The notes beneath the pieces were generated by a model. It had not been told where the DNA came from, ran no database searches, and saw only the letters and a list, made by a program, of their open reading frames with translations. The position numbers and the translations under genes are program-made. Positions 48,601 through 55,685 of a stretch of DNA of 64,000 nucleotides are shown one piece after another. Every line of letters starts with the position of its first letter. Within the stretch, counting starts at the first letter, position 1. This stretch comes from a virus: positions 32,001 to 96,000 of IMG/VR virus record IMGVR_UViG_3300026257_000002; one strand, written 5' to 3'.

Positions 48601-49674
48601 ATCTACAGCATTTGGATCACCAATACGAATATGAGACCCGATATCAAATCCATCATCAGAACCAGTACCAGTTCCTCCATTTGCCCAATAAACACAATTT
48701 TTTTCTGAAGTATTAGGATCATTTGAAATTGCTGAAGACCAAATATCTTGAGCAGTTTCAACAGTCGTTACTGTCTGAATAGCATAATTAGTATCATAAG
48801 TAAATATTGCTCTCTCGTCTTTCTGCCCAATTTCAAATAGTGATCCACTTCCCTGATATGGTGCTCGGGTAAATGAATCTGGATTGGTTGAATTATAGAT
48901 ATTTAAACCAACACCAGTCAGTTTAGATGTCTTTACAACATAGATTTGTGGAGTTGGTTCATCTAACTGGGAACTTTCTTGCCCAGAAATATGAATGTTA
49001 CCAGAACCAGCCCATGCTTTAATTCTAAAATTACTGCTATTATATCCTTCTAATGAGAATAACCCGTAGGGTCTACCATCTCCTGATACGATATCACCAT
49101 TATCAAATTCTCCTCCATCAACAATATCAGTTACTTGTCCATAAGCTATAGAAGAACCTACAGCAGCAGGGACTAGTCCATAGTCAACGCTACTACCATA
49201 GGTCTTTGAGTATTCTGTAAATTTATGCGTTACGCTGCTCTCAGCGCCGCCGGAAACCCTCAAAGGACCAGATGATCCTATCCATGGGGCAACCATCCTC
49301 TCGCGCCCATCAGCGATCTCGAAGAGAGTTCCTGAACCGGTCCAGGCTTGTTTTCTAACTACTATTGCTTTTTGTTGTAACTTAATCGGTTCTGGTTTCG
49401 ATACAAATACTACTGTAGCTGCAGAGTCTGTAGTATTGGAAACCTTAAATGTGCCGAACGGATAAGTTGTTTCAGTAAAAATAATTCCTTGATAATCTTC
49501 TTCAGTAAAGAAGTTAACTAATGTATCACCAGTAACAATATAATCACCAGAAACTACTAAATCATATTCCGTCTCACCATTATCAACTGTGGATATAGGA
49601 GAATCACCAATAGATCCTAAATCCGTAGTTACATAAAAGTTAACGTGTGATGTATCGTAGTTAAATGTATTCAT
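42652..49674 (-). CDS. Giant repetitive virion/fibre-like protein (2340 aa)
   Basis: Many GSGSLF/G(S)G.L beta repeats and D(Y/N)G.I repeats; four inserted jelly-roll-like modules. Confidence 0.8.
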   Translation of the reverse strand: MNTFNYDTSHVNFYVTTDLGSIGDSPISTVDNGETEYDLVVSGDYIVTGDTLVNFFTEEDYQGIIFTETTYPFGTFKVSNTTDSAATVVFVSKPEPIKLQQKAIVVRKQAWTGSGTLFEIADGRERMVAPWIGSSGPLRVSGGAESSVTHKFTEYSKTYGSSVDYGLVPAAVGSSIAYGQVTDIVDGGEFDNGDIVSGDGRPYGLFSLEGYNSSNFRIKAWAGSGNIHISGQESSQLDEPTPQIYVVKTSKLTGVGLNIYNSTNPDSFTRAPYQGSGSLFEIGQKDERAIFTYDTNYAIQTVTTVETAQDIWSSAISNDPNTSEKNCVYWANGGTGTGSDDGFDIGSHIRIGDPNAVDYPLTGRELEFSLNLVGVEKITISAIRGNGSNGGSSYGGSTPANEHLYFMFGADLNGPGYQGSNGTIIVPDPAWGVDSDFDSLNTVDVDVPISERVPNSYVRIFQAYYTQDSTHAYDNYGIKSIELHHTVGSDYYQSLQTDDYQTINQSAGTTENYGQIISPPSGGELSYGSFYPSFTKFGAIKVNGSATVRQTDNYTASYVSSYAFEDVGPDVDITSDYYYVSGIWIRTGGIGTNSWNGFNIGPHYEIDGNDGINQMSWYLDLTDVTHITVSGIRGNDSNGGNEGSISPDSLEYYFTKTGLTTVNDVLFPAEQNEDSIPANWSGLEVATDGVSERTVTVPSEFRVSGVHFSVRLYFSDDEYGIKQVALRNADTNSGFVTVLPDELVSNYSATLSGVSIENSGAGTGVGAFDSGAGTKHFRFGTTSGGEYYRELCWTVNASELDEFIFDLITGNGSNGGNSPEGTDDLLFYWNDANTYRPIEVITDTDEFDEWKKVFSTIPPEARNAGQEFKLSQYGLSTFDNIGLRSILFVPTLDTANFNVVTPNLKTDTVFLRGDASVQFVEPTPQVYVVNGSGVLTLSGTMSEQHIVGNYSTTGSLFTSGQNDERAIFDYNDSSIGVVQDPIDNGSLSSSGSTSDYGQVTQLSAGEINYGQVRIPYTTYPFGRLFEVTGGDRAHANPRAYLGATAEIRIAGGYSNLQFTSQAGESTVLFNTSGGDTDSFSRPFIGSGSLFHIGDRIEKAVYAYNSSSITTYGEFDNGLIADSVTEYATATTVSAADINNDPSNTLTNCAYWVDSGTGTGSDGGFDIGSHIRIGDINAENYNSLSLREVSLSLNLEGVKRIRISAIRGNGSNGGDSPDSGEDLYIQFDTYLPSILVAQNDTEFDSLNTVDINIPEVARTANFPVRIYQPTASQGQIYAWDNFGIRSIELQTDPDYGSVGENYDPNINYGSILVDLNPLGKLFEIGGSASEEFFPTFNWNRLSPAIRIFNEQQDPADFRFRPHWRTDTTTTNPPKLRNGLGGEFNTYAQSRPFIGSGSLFHIGDKLESATYDYNESSVVEFTPGGDYGSITSASSTNIDYGAVTDVVTEGEFDNGQLVIIETTQPYVGLFSFQGAAETFFIRGPYSSKEGCIRIFNEQQDPADFTFRPHWRSRPYEQGKLTGSGAESFSKGLYTGSGSLFHIGDRIEKAVFSYNTSSVIGGYESEDNGSISDPVTSSADNGSISSDYLPPNTDHGFVFTVPGDRNPFGLFRISGAAELPASIVNYVGTGNLFSASGHVESLVWQTPEETFLLRMRGGAVEKHIENYVGSGLIKYPEDTPLAPNSHIRFRPWWRSYGEIKLSGLGGVDDILSNYLSGGGTLKLKTPNEGFEWTQYRPSPRYVNSVYGKIGGSATVAGISVNKKVNVYGYYGDDRDPGTSGSLFTFNSATEVAGYNPLTDTVLYTASGTAASKWNPAWTSRPDGSPRLSGTPELQLRFNIFTNPEVECFKYDGTPDLKITLNYHGSGTLFTTNGSSEVRGFNPLTDTVLFKASGSPIILFSLLHIGSGSLFGFGSAAEARTILAPESTVLFIPSGSGSENFARIYEGSGLNTVSGTVEETLTNAYQGEGSLFNAGSAAEITAISEAESTVLFKASGGEANAFVRSAPAEGNVTISDNLDEAFARPYSSEGSLFGFNGAAEAVTVDEESTGLFNFIGDANIVRDRSFVGSGSLFGIDGASEASVISPDLETGLFEITGSAVGIRTRSFTPDGGETFVYGDGGVVSTRTYSGKGSLFGIAGATESTTTNLPQNTLLYNVEGRGVVTRARGFAGSESIFVSGNAIPVAAISFVGSGTLSTFNGAAESRTIASESTVLFKPSGSAAESFTEGNYDAAGSATISGEASDIKNTRSETVFAYVSTSGKAIARRTYGYLGTGTFSTFNGAAEARAIDIETPVSINLFTVVGNNPGSVTRITQPGTAKFVLTGTSVNVLKLFSPIRIFSTII
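45030..46423. repeat. Exact 50-bp direct repeat (45030-45079, 46374-46423); a 30-bp third copy at 45470-45499
   Basis: atactgccttctcaattctatctccaatatggaacagtgatccagaacca read at both full-length sites. Confidence 0.9.
45148..45645. repeat. About 60-bp near-identical repeat (45148-45207, 45586-45645)
   Basis: About 55/60 identity by hand; encodes IRIFNEQQDPADF.FRPHWR. Confidence 0.85.
46153..48675. repeat. 60-bp repeat (46153-46212, 48616-48675), 59/60 identical
   Basis: Encodes GTGTGSD(G/D)GFDIGSHIRIGD in two copies of a duplicated domain. Confidence 0.9.
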
Positions 49675-49691
49675 TAATGTTTTTTATCATT

Positions 49692-49714
49692 AAAAGGGGG
49701 GACATAATCCCCCC
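49692..49714 (-). terminator. Intrinsic terminator with a short U-tract, before the 2340-aa gene
   Basis: GGGGGGA-TTATG-TCCCCCC then TTTT. Confidence 0.7.
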
Positions 49715-49749
49715 ACAAAAACAAATAATAAAAAATTGTATACTATATA

Positions 49750-50931
49750 TCAGTCAAGGCTGACGTTCAATGTAATCTTGATTTGGTCACCGTTGTTCTG
49801 AATGGGGTATGGACCATTTGTAAATCTTTCAGCAAACATGATGCTGCTGTAAAGAGTAAGGTCGCCAGTTCCTTTCAGAGCAGGAGTTGTAGTAAATGTA
49901 TTGGCATCAGCTACAGAGAATACTGTATATGTAGCATCAACTGTACCACTGTTTGTTGAACCTTGTGCAATGTAAATAACATCACCCACAACCAAACCGT
50001 GAGAAGTAGCAGTTACTTCACTATACTCAAGAGTGATTGATGAGTCGGTAGCAACCTGAATGTTATCGATCAGAGCATTGTTCAAATAGATGATTCTATT
50101 AAGAAGATCGATACCGATGATAGTGGTATTTGAATCAACGCCGTTGTTACCAGTAACATCCATTCCAATTGTGATGTCATCCATGATGGAAGCAACGTTT
50201 GGAAGAGTGATGAAGGAATTACCAACAACACCATTACAAGGATCTGTGTTATCACCCTTAGTAAGAACTGATCCTGCAGATGCATCGGCAGCATCAACTA
50301 CACCCTGAATTGTCAGAGGCATGTTGTTAGCACGAGCCAAGTAGTAACCATAAACATTACCAGCAGCAGCTTGGAATGTGAATGTTTGCTCTGGATATGT
50401 AGCAGTTGTAACTCCACCAGAGAAGTTGATTGTTCCAGAAACAGCACCAGAGTTAGCTACAGTCAGAACGATAGTCGAACCAGAAACTCTAGATACCTTA
50501 CAACCAGCACCGATACCAGTACCAGAAACAAGGTTACCAACACTAATAGTTCCAGTTACTGAAGATACCGTAATTGTGTACTCAGCAGAAGTTCCTGTGC
50601 CGGTTCCAGATGCAACAGGATCTCCAGCAGTAGCAATCGCCCAGCGATTACCGTTTAAAAGGATGCCATAGTTATTATCATATGATTGATCAGCACGGTT
50701 GTTAACTACTTCAGGATAACCTGTTGCAAGCGGTGCTGTGGTTCCATAACCATTAGTATTACCATCAACATAAGGCTCATAGTAAGCAGTCGTAGAAGGA
50801 ACATCACCTTCTGCGGGGTCTGTGTTTGATGTAAAAAGCTTTAGAGTTAGGTTTCTAGGGATCTGATGAGTAGCATTCAGCAAATAGCGAAGCGATTCTA
50901 CCTCACCAATATTAGGTACTAAAAGTGCCAT
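49750..50931 (-). CDS. Virion structural protein (393 aa)
   Basis: MALLVPNIGEVESLRYL...YGYYL...AERFTNGPY...IKITL; TATAAATA at 50972-50979. Confidence 0.8.
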   Translation of the reverse strand: MALLVPNIGEVESLRYLLNATHQIPRNLTLKLFTSNTDPAEGDVPSTTAYYEPYVDGNTNGYGTTAPLATGYPEVVNNRADQSYDNNYGILLNGNRWAIATAGDPVASGTGTGTSAEYTITVSSVTGTISVGNLVSGTGIGAGCKVSRVSGSTIVLTVANSGAVSGTINFSGGVTTATYPEQTFTFQAAAGNVYGYYLARANNMPLTIQGVVDAADASAGSVLTKGDNTDPCNGVVGNSFITLPNVASIMDDITIGMDVTGNNGVDSNTTIIGIDLLNRIIYLNNALIDNIQVATDSSITLEYSEVTATSHGLVVGDVIYIAQGSTNSGTVDATYTVFSVADANTFTTTPALKGTGDLTLYSSIMFAERFTNGPYPIQNNGDQIKITLNVSLD

Positions 50932-51000
50932 TTAAAGTGTTCCTCCACGGAAAATTCGTTTTATCTGTTTATATTTATATTTTTAATCAAAGTAAAATTA

Positions 51001-51717
51001 TCATAATTCTACTTTCAGAGCGATAGCAAAATTACTGATTGATACTGTAGTATTTATAACTTCATATTGTATGATGTCACCTGCATTCAAAGTGGTATCC
51101 CAATTGGTTAAATCAACGTCAGTGTTTTTATTGCTAGTTACAAGTTGCGGAGTATTACCTGCACAAATTGACACAACATTAGGATAGTCAGCAAAGCTAG
51201 ATTTTCTTAAATCTACCTCTAACGTCCCATCTGCATCAGCAAGTAAAACCCATGATTTAATAGTACCAGTAACATTAATAGTCAAATAACCTTTGTTACC
51301 TGTAGTCATTGGTCGCGAACCATTGTCCACGACATAATTAATTGTTCTTGTCAGATCAGCAGTATTAGCAAGAGCAATACCGAAAAACGGCACACTAGAA
51401 CTAGCAGGTGGGGTTGCAAATATAATCTGATTTCCAGATACTGTATATCCAACTCCAGGTTGAAGAATAATATTATCCAATGAAATAATCAATTGTTGAT
51501 CGTTCAATGGTTGATACGATTTACCAGAAGTACTCAAGTTAAATACTGTTTGAGCACCATCAAATTGCGAAGCAACATCATCCAGAATTAAATTCTGGTA
51601 TTGAACACCTTTTACTGGTGCTTCGTAATTAAGACCAACACTATAAGGATCAGTAGATTGCTGAGTTACGGTAAAATCAGTAGATCCCTGAGTTACATTA
51701 ATTTGGTAATCAGACAC
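51001..51717 (-). CDS. Virion/baseplate-associated protein
   Basis: LDDVASQFDGAQTVFNL...ILQPGVGYTVSGNQIIFATPP module typical of cyanophage fibre/baseplate proteins. Confidence 0.7.
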   Translation of the reverse strand: MSDYQINVTQGSTDFTVTQQSTDPYSVGLNYEAPVKGVQYQNLILDDVASQFDGAQTVFNLSTSGKSYQPLNDQQLIISLDNIILQPGVGYTVSGNQIIFATPPASSSVPFFGIALANTADLTRTINYVVDNGSRPMTTGNKGYLTINVTGTIKSWVLLADADGTLEVDLRKSSFADYPNVVSICAGNTPQLVTSNKNTDVDLTNWDTTLNAGDIIQYEVINTTVSISNFAIALKVEL

Positions 51718-52061
51718 TATATTGTCACTCCTGGTGTTATTGTTGCAATCCCTTCAATAAATCTAGTTTTATTTCCAGTTGCTGATGTTAGGACAATATC
51801 GTAAACATATCTTCTTGCCTTCAAAGTAGTTGTGATAGTATCCGATAAATCAATTCTAATTATACCACTATTTCTATCTACGAAAGTAACTTCAAAATCT
51901 GTTGGCGCTCCGGTTGTATAATAACTAGTTTTCAGTTTAGCAGCAGCAGTAAAACCCAAAAGATTGACTGGTGCGCCATCCGTATTTTTGATAGTAAAGG
52001 TTGCTGAAAAATCAGTCCCCTGTTCTATCACTAAGTTAAGTGTAATTGCGGACATATACAA
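51717..52061 (-). CDS. Ig-like/BppU-N-like small virion protein
   Basis: LVIEQGTDF...GIIRIDLS...RYVYDIVL...RFIEG. Confidence 0.7.
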   Translation of the reverse strand: MYMSAITLNLVIEQGTDFSATFTIKNTDGAPVNLLGFTAAAKLKTSYYTTGAPTDFEVTFVDRNSGIIRIDLSDTITTTLKARRYVYDIVLTSATGNKTRFIEGIATITPGVTI

Positions 52062-52095
52062 AAAAAGACCTTCCTTGTTATTTATAAGGAAGGTC
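52060..52095 (-). terminator. Terminator hairpin with late promoter TATAAATA (52079-52086) in its loop
   Basis: GACCTTCCTT-ATAAATAAC-AAGGAAGGTC then T7. Confidence 0.9.
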
Positions 52096-52105
52096 AGTAT
52101 TTATA

Positions 52106-52303
52106 TTATTCTACTTCTGGAGTTACTACTTCTGGTTCTGTAGTTTCCTCCGGTGGTTCCATCAAATCAATTGCTTCAAGAGCACCTTTTAGTTTTAACG
52201 CAAGTTCTTTCTTTGCTTCGACTTGTGCTTGGAGATTCTTGATCTCTTCAATAGTGCTATTAAATTGTTGTGTGAAATTTTCACGAAGTGTTGCTGCTTC
52301 CAT
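52106..52303 (-). CDS. Small coiled-coil protein (possible fibre chaperone)
   Basis: 65 aa heptad pattern, GAGG SD, ACTAAATA at 52341-52348. Confidence 0.7.
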   Translation of the reverse strand: MEAATLRENFTQQFNSTIEEIKNLQAQVEAKKELALKLKGALEAIDLMEPPEETTEPEVVTPEVE

Positions 52304-52351
52304 GCGGTTCCTCAGTTTCAGTTGTTATTATACTACGAGTTATTTAGTGTG

Positions 52352-55300
52352 TCAAGAAGACTTAAATACGCACTCTCTGACAGATCCACCATTATTGTCT
52401 CCAGTAAATCTAACGCGCCAATAACGCGCCACAATACTAACACCAATACCCATTGTTACATCTTTATTTGAAGTATTATCACTACTCATTGCTTCTTGCC
52501 ATGTCGTACCATCATGAGAATGTTCTAGATACATTGGAGTAACATTATTATTTCCAGAGCCAGGGAAACAATTGCTGTTGGTGGTGCCATCACCGTCAGG
52601 TCTGTATAAAATAACTTGTTTTATAGATACATTCTCGCCAAAATCTTTTCCGATAGTAGCATTATTAGAAGGATCTAATCTTGCTGAAACTGTATAATCG
52701 CCAGTCGTAGTTCCATCAAAAGCAGCAGATAATCCACCATCCTGTGTCATATTGCCAATAGCAGTTCCTTTAGTTCTAAGTTGTTCATCTGTAAGACCTG
52801 CTGGCGCGTCTACGCTAGTAGAGGGGAAACTACTTCCAGAATACCAAACAATTCTAACAGCACCTGATTGTCCAATATTACTACTTGCAGGATCTCCAGC
52901 ACCATGACCAGATCCACCACCACCATACTTTCCGTATTGAGTGCCACCATTTCTACCAAAAATATTATCAGTTCCACCAGAACCAGGGTCTCCAATTCCT
53001 CCACTAGTACCTTCTCCAAAAACACCTACACCATTGACGTTAGCCCACCCTGCTCCACCACCAGCACCACCGCCTGCACCAGCAGTTGCTCCATTTGTAT
53101 AGACACCTCCTGCTTCCCAACGTCCACCATGACCACCATCTCCAGAATATCCTCCAGCACCTCCACCAAATGCCCAATATGAAGTTGTGCCATCATTATC
53201 TCCGCCATCTCCACCAGATCCACCACCATCACCAATATTTGAAGTACTATTTCCTCCAACACCAGCAGTACTACCACTGGCACCTGCACCACCCATTGCC
53301 ATACAATAGGTAGTGCCACCTAAAGCAAATTGAGAAGTTCCTCCAGCACCAGCGGAGGACGAAACACTTGTTTGATATCCTTCGGGATAGGAAAAGCCAG
53401 TCACTGTTGAAGCACCAGTTCCCCTAGCACCAACAGTTACAGTATAAGTTGTGCCAGGTGTTACTGAAATATTATTTTTATATGATAGTGACCCACCACC
53501 ACCTCCAGTAGTTCCTGTAACACTATTTGGATAGTGAGCACACCCGCCACCACCTCCAACAGCAACTACATTAACTGAAGTTACACCAGATGGAGGAACA
53601 AAATTATATGTTCCTGGTTCAGTAAACATCATTTCAAAAACATCGCTGCCGCCACCGCCGCCACTGCCGCCGAATGGGTGATCTGAAGATGCTGTTGCAC
53701 CAGACACTGCTACGAGAGTTGTAGGACTTACTGCAGCATCAGTTACAGAAGTCTCGGACTGGCAGCAAAGGAGTACTGTATTTGTTACATTTTCAAGCGG
53801 TTCTGTGGGCACCGTGAAGCTAGAAGTGTGGAGTGCGGTTCCTTTGATTACACGGAAGTTAGAAATAAGTCCTTTGAATTCGTAATTAGCATGGGTGGCA
53901 TTTGGAATCCTATCTCCGATAATCCAATCATCATCTTCTTCGGCATCCCAACTGGTGGTATAGGTGTCTTCCAAATTTCCGTTAAAGAATGTATACGTGG
54001 TTCCACTTGATCTTGTTACCATTATATGATGCCATGTATCATACCGATCGGAACCGATCGCACCGGTTTGACCCCTTTCAGTGTGATCTTTGGTGATTCT
54101 AATAGTATCATCAGTGGAGTTCCAATACATTTCCATACTGTCAAAGACATCTCCTTGACCTACAGTGAACATAGTATAATAGTTTTCACCAGAATCCTCC
54201 ATTTTATAAAAGTATTCTATTGTAAAGTCTCCAGTACCAAGGTTTAAATCTGAGTGAGTTGGAATTTTTACAGCTCCACCGTTTCCATCAAACTCTACAC
54301 TTCCACCGTAGTCAATGGCTGGAGCTACTGCACCGAAAGTCCATGTTGGAGTGAAGTTAGAGGTTTCTACCGTTCCACCTTGCTCTACTAATACATGCTT
54401 CATATATCCATGAAGATTATAATCTGATAAATCACCACCTCCACCAAATTCAGTTCTTTTACCTGTGTATATTGAAGGTGAGGTAGTAGTAGAATCCACT
54501 AAAGATCCATTTACGAATAGTCTATGAGTTGTTCCATCCCAATTAAGCATAACATGATACCAAACTTGTTTATTTAAAGTACCACTAGTAAGTTCTACAG
54601 TACCACCATTAACTCTCATAACTAGAAGGTCTTCTTGGAATCCAAATAACAATCTACCACTTGCACCACTCTCATATTGATCTACAAGTATTCCCATATC
54701 AGAAGACGTATTACCTGCCTGCCCAGAGTCATTTTCATAAAATGCCCAACATTGGAACTGCCATGAACTCAACGAATCATCTAAGAAAGTATTAGTTCCT
54801 GCATGGAAATATTGTTCAGTATCAGAACCCTCAAAATTAAATGAATCATCAGCTAGAGCACCAAAATTCGATGAAAATGGATTATTCCAACTTGCTACTG
54901 CTCCTGAAGCTGTGATACCACCAGGAGTAACAACATTTGCAAGAGGACTAATATTTGACCTACAAAGCAGAACTTTTGCATTTGGTATTTCTGTAAGTAG
55001 TGCTAATGGTGGTGCAAAGTTTGATGTATAAACAGCAGTTCCTTTGACCATGCGGAAGTCGCAAATCTGCCCATGAAATTGATAGTTAGCATCAACATTT
55101 TCTCCAAGAATATAATCCTCATTTGAATAATCATTTGAGTCACTATATGTTGAGGAATATGCCGTACCATCCACATATACTGTTGTTACCGAACTACTTC
55201 TTACTACCGCTACATGAGTCCAAGTATCATCACTCACCGTTACATCAGCAGTTGTCCGATAGTTGCCATCAGTATATAATTCAATTTTATTTTCATGTCC

Positions 55301-55684
55301 AGCTGTGTGGAATCTACCAATTAAAAATCCATCACTTGCAGCTGATGATGAACGAGTATCCACTATGGTGTCTAAAGTGCCATCGGAAGACTCGAAATAA
55401 ACCCAACACTCTAATGTAAAATCACCTGTATCAAAGGCAATATCGCTATTACTGTTAGTGTTATTTATGTGATCATTAACGCCATCAAAACTGGAAGAAC
55501 CCCCAAATGGAAGTTCATAACCAGCTGTGAAACTAGAACCAACTTTAGTAATAGGATATAAAGTTGGACCTCTATCATTAAAATCCTCTCCTGTAGCATA
55601 GAATACTGCTGAAGCTGGAAGTCCTTCAGCAGTAGTGACACTACCCTCGCCTGCACCATAACCAAAAAACATGATTTGCATCAT
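52352..55684 (-). CDS. Putative receptor-binding adhesin: three LamG/ConA-like domains, glycine-rich domain, C-terminal beta-sandwich
   Basis: DFTLECWVY / WTHVAVVR / WYHVML / WHHIMVTR motifs; GGGGG-rich segment. Confidence 0.8.
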   Translation of the reverse strand: MMQIMFFGYGAGEGSVTTAEGLPASAVFYATGEDFNDRGPTLYPITKVGSSFTAGYELPFGGSSSFDGVNDHINNTNSNSDIAFDTGDFTLECWVYFESSDGTLDTIVDTRSSSAASDGFLIGRFHTAGHENKIELYTDGNYRTTADVTVSDDTWTHVAVVRSSSVTTVYVDGTAYSSTYSDSNDYSNEDYILGENVDANYQFHGQICDFRMVKGTAVYTSNFAPPLALLTEIPNAKVLLCRSNISPLANVVTPGGITASGAVASWNNPFSSNFGALADDSFNFEGSDTEQYFHAGTNTFLDDSLSSWQFQCWAFYENDSGQAGNTSSDMGILVDQYESGASGRLLFGFQEDLLVMRVNGGTVELTSGTLNKQVWYHVMLNWDGTTHRLFVNGSLVDSTTTSPSIYTGKRTEFGGGGDLSDYNLHGYMKHVLVEQGGTVETSNFTPTWTFGAVAPAIDYGGSVEFDGNGGAVKIPTHSDLNLGTGDFTIEYFYKMEDSGENYYTMFTVGQGDVFDSMEMYWNSTDDTIRITKDHTERGQTGAIGSDRYDTWHHIMVTRSSGTTYTFFNGNLEDTYTTSWDAEEDDDWIIGDRIPNATHANYEFKGLISNFRVIKGTALHTSSFTVPTEPLENVTNTVLLCCQSETSVTDAAVSPTTLVAVSGATASSDHPFGGSGGGGGSDVFEMMFTEPGTYNFVPPSGVTSVNVVAVGGGGGCAHYPNSVTGTTGGGGGSLSYKNNISVTPGTTYTVTVGARGTGASTVTGFSYPEGYQTSVSSSAGAGGTSQFALGGTTYCMAMGGAGASGSTAGVGGNSTSNIGDGGGSGGDGGDNDGTTSYWAFGGGAGGYSGDGGHGGRWEAGGVYTNGATAGAGGGAGGGAGWANVNGVGVFGEGTSGGIGDPGSGGTDNIFGRNGGTQYGKYGGGGSGHGAGDPASSNIGQSGAVRIVWYSGSSFPSTSVDAPAGLTDEQLRTKGTAIGNMTQDGGLSAAFDGTTTGDYTVSARLDPSNNATIGKDFGENVSIKQVILYRPDGDGTTNSNCFPGSGNNNVTPMYLEHSHDGTTWQEAMSSDNTSNKDVTMGIGVSIVARYWRVRFTGDNNGGSVRECVFKSS

Positions 55685-55685
55685 A

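Noticed and set aside
42418-49674. Diversity-generating retroelement (Mtd-like domain plus near-identical repeats)
   Set aside because: No reverse transcriptase or Avd in the window; the repeats are all in-frame within one gene and their few mismatches are not adenine-specific TR/VR differences.
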